From Paraphysomonas bandaiensis (taxonomy: Eukaryota; Protista; Chrysophyceae): a stretch of DNA of 64,000 nucleotides. Shown piece by piece: positions 38,065 to 48,312 of this stretch. The notes beneath the pieces were generated by a model that did no database searches, was not told where the DNA came from, and saw only the letters and a list, made by a program, of their open reading frames with translations. The DNA lies in assembly GCA_965644295.1 (NCBI GenBank), contig CBFFRP010000267.1:16338-80337 (forward strand), given 5' to 3'. Within the stretch, counting starts at the first letter, position 1. Each line of letters starts with the position of its first letter. The position numbers were made by a program, and so were the translations under genes.

Positions 38065-39473
38065 ATTATATTGTTATTCAGGGACCTGATTGGTCAAAGA
38101 ATATGGAGTTATGTGATCATATTAATTCCCGTAATGATGGGTAAGATGATGGGAGTATTGGTTGTTGTGTTGATATATATATGTATAGCGCGGATGCTGT
38201 GAAGGCAATACAATATCAATTAAGAAACTCAGATCCTAAAGTTGTAGGATTAGCGTTAACAATGATAGAGACTTGTGTGAAGAATTGTGTTGCGGTTCCG
38301 CAATTAATCAACAGAAGTTTTATGGAAGAAATGTATAATATCGCCAATGGACGGAAGGGATTTCACAACCAGGAGGAGGCTCTGCGTTTAATTCAGTTGT
38401 GGGGAAGAACATACGAACGAAAGCGGAATGAGCTACCGATCTTCTTTGATACATACATGGCAATGAAGACAAGAGGGGTGCGGTTTCCTGAGGAGCATGA
38501 TATCGATCCTTCTCAGTTAGAGGCTCGCCCAGCGTGAGTATGGATACCGCTATTATATCAATATACTAAACACGAATCATGTTATAGTCGTGGAGCCGAC
38601 AGCGGAATGTCTAGCTCTGTTACACAGGCTGTTTCCGCTCAGGAAAATCAGTCGAACAAACTTCGTAGTGACCTTAGCGTTGTTTTGGAGAAGGTGCGAC
38701 TCTGCCGTGAGATGCTCCCTGAGAGCCCTGGCATCCACCAGGATGAAACTCTTGCTGAGGTGGTGGGCTTTCTGGAGGCATGTCAGGAGAGAATGATTGA
38801 CCTCATAGAAGCGGGTACCCAGGGTCTACTATCAGAGGACATGTTCGAGCTCACGCTGCGAGTGAACGATGCTGTCCTACGTACCTTGGAGGCTGAGAAA
38901 ACCGGCACATCTATACCTGTAGAAGATGAGACCACTGCGCCAGTGAGTGCTAAAGGAAGCGATAATCAGCCCAAAGCGGCAGCGGTAATAGTGTGAATAC
39001 CGTTACTGATGTATATTTTTGACATGTACCGTGCATAGGTGGAAGACGAAGCCGATGAATTTGCTCAATTAACTCTTAAAACAGTTAAACCCGCATCTGC
39101 CAAAAAGGCCCCTGTGGCCCTAAAGGCACCTACCTCTCAGAAAAAATCGACATCTACAACTGGAGGTAAACTACCACCTCCTCCTCGAGCATCAGGCGGA
39201 CTACAAGTTCCATCTGCCCCTGCGGCCAAGCCGGTCGAAGAGGATGATTTACTGAGCATGAGTATGACACCATCGGCTGCACCCTCGCAGACACAACAGG
39301 CACCCCCTCCTCCTAAGCCGTCATCTGCAGACGACGATTTTGCTACACTTTTTGGGTCTAGTTCTTCCAGTCGCCCTGCTGATTCGGAACAGAATCAATC
39401 TGCCCAATCCGCTGCTGAGATGACAGATGACGAGTTTGAGAAGTTTCTAAACAGCGTTGGCACATCTAAATAA
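37926..39473 (+). CDS. TOM1-like VHS-GAT ubiquitin adaptor (TOL family), 5 exons
   Basis: VHS domain (T..LLL|GPDWSKNMELCDHIN, LALTMIETCVKNC, ALRLIQLWG, YMAMKTRGVRFP), GAT domain (EDMFELTLRVND), Pro-rich tail with DDFATLF/DEFEKFL motifs. Confidence 0.9.
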
Positions 39474-39694
39474 TTCAAGACGTTTGAGAGAGGAAGGGTC
39501 CAATGCACTTAGCCTAATGTTTTCGACAGTTAATTTATCGTAATGTTGTACTTAGCGTAGTAGAATATAGCTATTTAATGGCGTATAGCAATAAGAGTGA
39601 AGTTATCGCATCGGTGTTGCTGATAATTAAATTTTCACCACATTTGTTTACACTTTTTGGAATCTGACAGTGTATTTTTGCAATGAATAAATTA

Positions 39695-40300
39695 CAGGGC
39701 CGTGTAAAAATTAATTGCATGTACGTAATAATTGCAATATAATCGCTCGCTAGAAGGTTGCAATTAAATTGCAAGTACTTGGCAAGTATTTACTATTTAG
39801 AATTAGAGCTCTGAAAGCATTGAGGATGATGGCCGTTTATCGTCCTAAATGGCCATCACTCTTAACGGTGGGAAGGTTGGCCTCTCATTATAAATTTGTT
39901 TACATTTTGAAAGTACTGTTTCTTTGTACAGTCAATTACGTTTCTTTCCTCTTGAGAGCTCCCAGACTAAGTTCAGATCGATCCATAGCCTATACGTAAT
40001 GCTCAATACTCAATACCCTTCTAGTTTTTAGATAAATATCTATAAGTAGTATGGCAATCATATTATTGCCAACCTGAACAAGTGCATGTTTGGCGACGAA
40101 GTCAACGAATTAATTCCTAATGAAGTGACACATGCTAAATTCAAGAATTGAAAGCAGAGTCTAGAGAATTCCAAAAATTTTCTATACCATGAGGACAGAG
40201 TTATGAATCATACCTTTTCAAAAATGCTGTCGTGAAAGTCCAAAGCTGATTGGAGGACACTCTAACTGAATCTGAGAAGGCGCAGCTCAAACTTTTTCTG
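39695..40300 (+). mobile_element. Truncated hAT-like relic related to 6372-7435
   Basis: Left end CAGGGCCGTGTAAAAATTAATTG resembles the TIR of the 6372 element; AATTGCAAT subterminal repeats; degenerate FKNAVVKVQS*LEDTLTESEKAQLKLFL at ~40215-40300. No right TIR found. Confidence 0.6.
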
Positions 40301-40621
40301 CTGCGGTGACGCATATGAAGTTTTCGTAGCGCCAAGTAGAAGGATATCAGAGTTAAGCACTAGTTAGTGGTGAAATTGTTTTATTACATTTGTTCTGATT
40401 ACTAATTTCTAATTTTAAGTAACAAAGAGCGCATAGTTGCCTCACAAACCCAATACCATATTTCAAAACTGCGCCAATGTTAATAACGCTTATAATAATA
40501 TGAATATTACTAAAGGTATCTTATACTCGATGGTGACCACCAGAGTACTTGTAACTAGTTTTCCAACGTTTTCTTTATGAAATATGACAAAATACTGGAA
40601 GTATATATTTCTCTGTAAATT

Positions 40622-41875
40622 TTAATTAGCACCACCAGCCGTTATCAGTGACGACAATAAAATTTCTTCTCCCACGGCCCCTGATTGCATCATTTTTTCC
40701 ATGTAACTAGTTCCTGACTCTAATATGTAGAGGCCCATATCAGTGGGATTAAGCATGTATATAATGCCTAGGGTGAATGGAAATTTCCCCCCTGGAACGA
40801 AGCAGGGAGAGTGCATAATGTGACGACAGGGGGAAGAAATCTCGGGATGTGAAACCTCCAGGTCAATGTGACTATAGAAGCTTGCCCAATTAGTGATCAT
40901 ACTGACCCGAGCCCTTGCTCTGGAGATGAAGCCTGGATAAAGGGCAGCCGAGGGTGTAACCGTGCGACGCAATGGAGAAGCAACAGAAGTGCGTATGAGA
41001 GAAGAAGTTGCATAATCTGGCTTATTATACCCAACAAGTCCCTGATAGTTCCCTGCGTGGCATTCACCCAAGCCTTCTACCCTGGATCTGAAATTAGCAA
41101 CCATCAGTCCAACATCAGCTCCTGTGGCTTCAAGAAAAGTACTTGTCAATACGTCGTTCGTAGATACAAACCCAGTAGATGAAGATGCAGCACATTTCTC
41201 TTTTTGGGAGTTCACCCAATTTTGTTTCACTTTTCGGTTTTTCAGGGTGCATGGTTTGCCCCACACAAACTTGCTGACAAAGTTAACCAATGTTCCCAAG
41301 GACTTCATATACCCTTCCTCATCGGCGGTCAGTTCTGCGATCCTCTCACAAGCCCACAGATTGCGTTCCACTTGTAATGCAAACGGTTTTGTGTGTGGAT
41401 TCAGCATACCGTATAGGTTATAGAAAGTATGACCGTCCCCTACAGCGTGGGAGAGTGAAAATACAATTGCGAAAGTGGACTCAGAGAGACGGACAACTGT
41501 GATTAGAACAATAGGTTCGTCTTCATTCACACACACCCGTCCTATCTTAACAGCGTACTTTCCAAGCCAACTTATATCATCTTCACATCTGTTGGAATCA
41601 TGCTCCCTGTTTTCAATCTTTAGAATGGAATCGACTTGAAAAGTTTCCATATCAGTAGAATACTTTAAACACACTTTTCCGCCCTCGTCCACAATCCTTG
41701 ACGATAACCAAGGGTTAAGTTCAACCATATTTTTGACTCTGCTGCACAAGTACTCGATGGGTGGGGTGCCCTGATAAAAGGTAACAGTTGTCTGACTGTT
41801 TAAGCCCATGAGGTCAGTGGCCTCTTTATCGCACAACTGCACGAGATTGACGCCTCTGTCGAGTTCTTTAGCCAT
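40622..41875 (-). CDS. CoA-dependent acyltransferase (HxxxD, CAT-like/transferase fold), intronless
   Basis: NPWLSSR, FSLSHAVGDGHTFY (HxxxD), FVSTNDVLTS, ANFRSR, AGNY, ITNWASFY. Confidence 0.8.
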   Translation of the reverse strand: MAKELDRGVNLVQLCDKEATDLMGLNSQTTVTFYQGTPPIEYLCSRVKNMVELNPWLSSRIVDEGGKVCLKYSTDMETFQVDSILKIENREHDSNRCEDDISWLGKYAVKIGRVCVNEDEPIVLITVVRLSESTFAIVFSLSHAVGDGHTFYNLYGMLNPHTKPFALQVERNLWACERIAELTADEEGYMKSLGTLVNFVSKFVWGKPCTLKNRKVKQNWVNSQKEKCAASSSTGFVSTNDVLTSTFLEATGADVGLMVANFRSRVEGLGECHAGNYQGLVGYNKPDYATSSLIRTSVASPLRRTVTPSAALYPGFISRARARVSMITNWASFYSHIDLEVSHPEISSPCRHIMHSPCFVPGGKFPFTLGIIYMLNPTDMGLYILESGTSYMEKMMQSGAVGEEILLSSLITAGGAN

Positions 41876-42639
41876 GATGATATAAGTAACACAATAGTGA
41901 TTCCATGTGATAATTGTATCATATGAAGAGGTTTGTTAGGGGTGGATTGACGGTTGGATTTGATTATCATTCCAACGATTGGGTTGCAACTGTATTATGA
42001 TCTACAGAAGATGATGTCCTATTGTAGGAGCCCTTATGCAGCATGACGGTTACTGAAAGACAATGTCTTTTGCATGGTACGTATGGTACTGAGCTGGAAC
42101 CATATATGTTACTCCAGTGTAAGTAGAGGGAGCTACTTCCACATAGTAGAGTCGGCTGTATATATGCATATACATACACATTCATATATATATACACTAC
42201 ATACGGGCGTATATATACATACATACCTCTGTACGATACTTCTATGTATACAATACTGTATTCTATGGTATTTTGCTATCTCGTGCTCCTGCCTGGACAT
42301 GCATACTGAGGCCAGTGCCCCCCATCAGGGTCAGCCCAAGTATTGGTTGGAACGGTTAAAAGCCTAGCAATTGAATGCTTTCATATCTATATCTTGAAAT
42401 GCAATATCTGTTGCATGATCGAAGCAATCTATACATGCATAAGACACCTGACATAAGATGAAAGGCATCTATTATGTATTAGTACTGAGAGCTTTCTATT
42501 AAACACTTATACTTACGGTGATACACTTGGATTACATCATATCAGAGCATTAATCATATATATTCAGTAGAATGATAGGCGGTTCATCTGTGGAGGTTTA
42601 CAATAAGAGTAAAGGTAGAGTTTATATTCACGACCTACG

Positions 42640-43140
42640 ATATTTCGACCCTCAACAAAGTCGGACTCGCACCTTTTCGTGGTGTTCTGGGGGATAAGTA
42701 CCGGAGAGATTCTCTCTGGGAAACTAACGTGAGCCGAAAACATAGTCAGCAGATATTCTTCTGCCCGCTCATAGCCGAATGCTTGTGTGGTACAAGGGAC
42801 ACCAATAAGTGTCACTTGTGTAGACGTCTTTGGGCCCTGACGAATAAACAGGCATCACGGAATAGGCCCACCTCAAGGGTAACCGGGGTATTGGGCTGCC
42901 TGCTGAAGTCAAGCATCCGGGCTGTTCACCTTAAGAGCTCAGAGCGGAAGTGGTCGCACCTTGATGCTTACGGCGACGCACAAGCAGCTTCCGTAGCGTT
43001 AAATAGTAGGATAAAAAAAGTGAGTACTGATTAGTTACAGGTAGAGGTCTAACTAGTTTGTCTAGCATTCATCTAGCTACTATAAGTTGGTGCAGGTTTT
43101 TAATGCCTATTGCTAATAATAAGACTATGAATATATACGA
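42640..43140 (+). mobile_element. Degenerate repeat family A, copy 3
   Basis: 42650-42930 matches the reverse complement of ~63070-63270; 42945-43140 matches copy 2. Confidence 0.8.
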
Positions 43141-43778
43141 TATTTCGATATCATCTGAGCCATATACAATTGCTGAAAAAAACTGCCGTGCCAACCACCA
43201 GATGACTAGGATACTATTTTCATTATTGAAGTAAGCTACGTTTCTTATATAGAGGTGCAAAAAACAATAAAATAATATTTTGAAATGGCAGAGACGTTTC
43301 TACTTGACAATCAGTACAGCAGCTTATCGCCAAGTACACAGTATATGATATATATAGCACTGTAAATGCCGTTTAGAGTGTACTATAAATATTACACATA
43401 CTTATCTCTATCCTTTAATACTTTCACATTCCCTTGCTTTGTAAGGTTAGGTCAGCACTTGTCTATCCTTGATATTACCTCAACAAGACATTAACGTTTC
43501 GTATTAAAACAGTTTATATAATATATTGCAAGTAAAACTAAATTTTTCAATAGTTTACCAAAAGCAGAGACAGAATTAGAATTATACTTCAAAATACATA
43601 AAGAGTACTATAGAACCTATCCAAATAGAAAAGAGAAATATCAAATAAGTATGGAGATGACACACTGAAAAATCTTCAGTTTAAGACATGAATCAGTCAG
43701 AATAAGAGTTATCTACTGTTGTAGCTGTATGAAAATATACACAGCCCGCAGATATAGTAGTGTAAAAATCATGTATAC

Positions 43779-44080
43779 TCAAGCTTTTTCTTCTAGCAGC
43801 GCTGATTCGTCTATACCTGTCCAGTCATCACTGTTTATATTAATTTCTTGTAACGCGGGAAAAAAATTTCCTGTTGGTGTGTGTTGAGCGTTGTCGATAT
43901 CAGGATCATCACTGGAACTGCTACGCTGGTCATCTATGCTGCAGAACACACGATAGCACGACCTCCACGGGAGCAAAGCAAAGAAACACAATAGCAACCA
44001 TGCTATAGTTAACTCATTAGATTATGTAAAGTATCACATTAATCTTAAGTACCTATCATTACAATAACATCCGATCCCAT
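43779..44080 (-). CDS. Small single-pass membrane protein (~83 aa), 2 exons
   Basis: MGSDVIVMI|AWLLLCFFALLPWRSCYRVFC...EEKA*, joined in frame by GT-AG intron 44003-44052. Confidence 0.55.
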
Positions 44081-44745
44081 TGCAATCCCTGATCTACATA
44101 AGCATTAAGATAACAAGAGATACACAGCCCACCAAAAGACAAAGAATTTATCCATATTAATAAAGGAAACCTTCTTTTCAACAGGAATATATCAGGGCTA
44201 GAAGGAGTGTAATCATATAGAACTAACTCTTCTATTATATATATATATATGTATGTGTATGATCGCTTCTATATTCTGATATGGACACACCATAACGTTG
44301 AAGTGTATACTCTACATACACTGTGTATTTTGTGTTGAAAAATCAAGGGTTTTTAATTATAGATTTCTCTAGTTTTCAATTGTCTCCTTCTTACTGCTGC
44401 TTCTTCTCCCCCCATATATACACATACTGCAGTATGTCTACAGAGATTTCCATATATATATATCATGCGGCATATTTCATACATAAGCCCCTTAGCCTAT
44501 CCCATATATATACACGCACACTGGATCATATCACTCGATCTATACACTATAGTAAACTAACATTACTGAACCTGTTCATGAAGGTCAAGAAAGGTCAGTT
44601 GAATTGCTACATGCAGTAGCAAACTATACATACAGTGATATCCAGTAACACACATACACACACATACACATACATATATACATATATATATATCAGTTAG
44701 CTGTAAGATTAACAGACAGAAGAAGTCTGATATCTCCCCACAAAC

Positions 44746-47460
44746 ATGACAACAAATCAAATTGCAAGAAATTTATTATATGAAGAAATAGCATCCGATA
44801 ATATTAATATATTACGAGTCAGAGAGCTGTGCAGGTGACGTACATGTATAGACGTCTATGCATATATATATGGATATCTGCGTATATGTATATATATGTG
44901 TGTGGATATCTGCGTATATATGTAAAGACGTCTATGGATATCTGCGTATATGTCTATATATATGTGTGTATATATGGTGGCCTCATGTGTGATATCATAA
45001 CACTCATCCTGTTCTATAGAGATAATCCTGGTTTGGTTGCAAGTGGTGGGTTGAGAATAAGAGTATGGTCTATATTACTTCTTGGTGAAAGTGGTGCAGT
45101 TGGAGAGGATGTTGGTCTGATGAATCCACAGGAGCCTTGTGGTGAGATGCATGTTCTTGAGGCGGATGTGAAAAGAACGCGTGCTGGCATGGATAGTTTT
45201 CGGTCGTCTAGTTGGAGGCGCGGTTTGACTGATATTCTACAGATATTTTGCTTGTCGCACAATATCCAGTGAGTATAATGCTTTTATGCTCCGTACTCTA
45301 CTAATTGCTGATTAAGGTACAAACAAGGAATGAATGAAGTTGCTGCACCCTTCCTATATCTCAACCCTCCACCGCATGGAGAAGCTCTCTCTTTTGTGTT
45401 ATTTGAGGCATTTGTGTGCCGATATCTTGAAAACTTCTTTTGCAAAGATGACTCAGCGTACTTATTTAAGGTGTGTTTGATTTTATTTTTTCAGTGAGCT
45501 TTCATTTAAAAGCACCGCAGGCGTTTCGTATGTTTCATTTACTCCTGGTGTACGTGGATCCGCAGGTAGCCCGTGAAATTTCAACTCTATGCGCATTTTT
45601 AATTCCAGTGTGTATATTCCGCAATGTAGCTCGCGCAGCACTTACAAGAACAGCAATTCGTACCAGAGTTGTACTCGCCGCAGTGGTTTCTTACTCTATA
45701 CAGTCGTGGCCTTGACTTGCACCTAGTGCTTAGGCTGTGGGACATGATGATAGCTGTGGATGACCCTGCATTCACATTCTTTGTTGGGCTTGCATTATTA
45801 CGGTGAGAATATCTCATATGCTGCTTGATGTATGCACTCACGTCGTCACAGAGAGAAGAGGGAACGTCTTCTTCTGGCCGACAGTTCTGACATTCCTGAA
45901 ATTATATCAGACATGCACATTAGGGGAGAAGATGGCGTTGATGGACTAGTGCTTCTTGCACTTGAGCTCTACAGGAAGATTCCTAGGTGAGTAGTGGTCA
46001 GCTAACATATGCAAGAGTTACAGTGAAGTATCACAGGTGCTTCTTGCGCTACCTGCGTGTGTGTTGCGTACACACTCCAGAGCTCGCGCCCTTGCCCACA
46101 CCTCGGTCAGTGTATTTTGCTCATACTTTTCGAAAATGACGTTTTACTAGGAAGCGAAGCTATTCTGGTGGTGCACTTGTACCGGACGGGATGGCGGCTT
46201 TAAGAGCTGGAGAGGAGGCACGTACTGAATACACTTCGAGACGCACAGACGACGACTGTGATGCATATTCCCAAGCAATGGCCTGTCAGGTGATTTATTA
46301 AGTATTTTATGATCCTTACCCGTGCTCATTCTTTTGTGATACAGTCTGTGCGGAAATGCATGATGCTTTCACCCTCTGAGTTCATATCCGCAGCGCTGCC
46401 AATCAGCACTGCTGAAACCGGAAACTCCAGTGAGGAGCCAGGCGATGTGGGCTCTAGTGCGATATCCTTTCGCGGACAGTCCCAAGAACACACCCAGATG
46501 GTTGTCATAGATATCAGATCTTCAGAAGAGGTGGACGTTAGCGGTGGAGGATCTCTTCCCACGTCCTTGCAGATGGAACCAGGTTTGAAGCTCCATTTAT
46601 TTTGAATTATCGTGACGTCGAGTTTAGACTTCCTGGATCAACCAGATGCACTTGAAAAGTGGCTGGATCACTTTGATAGTATGCGTGGTCTTCCTATTTG
46701 CATTGTTGACATGCCTCCATCCCAAGCTTCTTCTGGAGCTCTCTGGAAACGACTGCTACTTGGTATATTTTACGATCGCTACCCTTTTGTACTAACTAGT
46801 TGATATAGGGCAGGGAGATGGCATCAGCCCAAACTCTGTTCAATATGGAGAGACAGCATTGCAGAGTCGTCTGTTTGGAGGGTTTCTTTCTAATGCTTTT
46901 ACAAAGCCGCCATGGTGTTGTTTTTTGATGTGTTTGTTTCCCTAGTACTAATGTGTGTACTGTAGTGATGATCGTAGCCCGTTTCAAAAAGCAGAGATGG
47001 CCGCTATCGCAGACGACAGCTCCAGGTACGCTTTGCCTGATTAGAATTTATCATCTAAGATCTCGTATTTAGAGCTGCTGTTCGTTTAGCTGTCATGCTA
47101 CAAAAACATAACTTCTCTCGGGTGGTAGTGTTGGACGGGGGATTCCCGGCATTAGTGTCACAGTTGTTTCAATCCCGTGGCAAAGTGGAGCCGGTGATCA
47201 TTAATCATGACCATGACAAGTGGTCCAATTTCATAGTCATTTCTGGTCGCAGCCATTGTTCCAGTGATTTACAGGCTGCTCGAGAGGCACAGATTTTGAA
47301 GCGGAGCAAAAAGTACCCAATGAACTCTTCATTCAAAATGTCTCATGACCTGAGTGAAATGGAATCTACTAATATAGCATTGGAGGTAGCTACTCGTTTA
47401 GGTCACAATCACATGCGAAAAATTCTGGAAGACAAAATGAAGTCAATACAACATAGATAG
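44746..47460 (+). CDS. TBC (RabGAP) + rhodanese-like protein, TBC1D23-like architecture, multi-exon
   Basis: LRIRVWSILLLG, EADVKRTR, Q|YKQGMNE, YSPQWFLTLY, LRLWD; rhodanese-like IDIRS...GSLPTS and LQKHNFSRVVVLDGGF. Many short introns. Confidence 0.85.
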
Positions 47461-47866
47461 TATTAGAGACGTTGGTTTTGGAGCCCCTTGATGAAGCTCT
47501 CGTTCTTGTTGTTGATATATTATGTATACACTTATGGAACAGTTCTTCAGGCTTCGATTTGTGGATGTTGAGTAATATATAATCTGTTCACGATCAGTTT
47601 TTAGTTATAGCTATTATGATAAAATTTGGCATATGTCAAGTACTTATAGAATATTTGAGCTCAATATATTTTCCGTTATTGACAATTGGAAACTTTCTCA
47701 AGTGGATACTCTTCACTAGTTTTTCACAAATCACTATATTGTCAATTATCACTATTTTGCAAGATAAATAATTGGTATTTTCAAGTATAAGAAACACAAC
47801 GTATAACAGCAATGCAAGAAGTAGAACAAGTATAGAGTAACCTTCGAGGGAAAATATGGACAAATT

Positions 47867-48185
47867 TGTTAGAAATAGACATTTTTAGTAATAAGACTTT
47901 GTTAACACTTATATGGAATATTATATAATTATAAGAGATACCATACTTCATTCATTGACGTTCACCAACTCTTTCTATCTCTACTACACCAACCATTTCT
48001 AGTACGATCTTACATCGTCACTATCTTGTACAGTCAGTATATTTCAGTTTTATCACTACAATGGCTATCATATTATTGGTTCTCATACTACAGCTAGCTA
48101 CTACTGTATTCTTTGAGTAACGGATATAATTCTAATATCTTGGAAACTACAGCTTTTAATTGCTCACAAACAGCAAAACTCAACA
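47867..48185 (-). repeat. Copia 3' LTR (PPT GAGAGGGAG at 48186-48194 on the minus strand)
   Basis: Direct repeat of 52929-53247. Confidence 0.97.
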
Positions 48186-48312
48186 CTCCCTCTCAATTCA
48201 AAGCTGTAACACATGGCATAACTGACGGATACACAACCACCGAAACCGTATAGGACAAACCGGTGGACGTATGGCTCCGACGTTTCAGCTAGCCTCTCCG
48301 TAGACAACACGT

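Noticed and set aside
40672-40684. Right TIR for the 39695 hAT relic (CACGGCCCCTG)
   Set aside because: Short, imperfect, inside the acyltransferase CDS and without a TSD.
42640-43140. Fanzor/TnpB 3' end with omegaRNA, or a tRNA-derived SINE
   Set aside because: No RuvC III D-x-N-A motif or proper zinc ribbon, and no A/B boxes or poly(A) tail.
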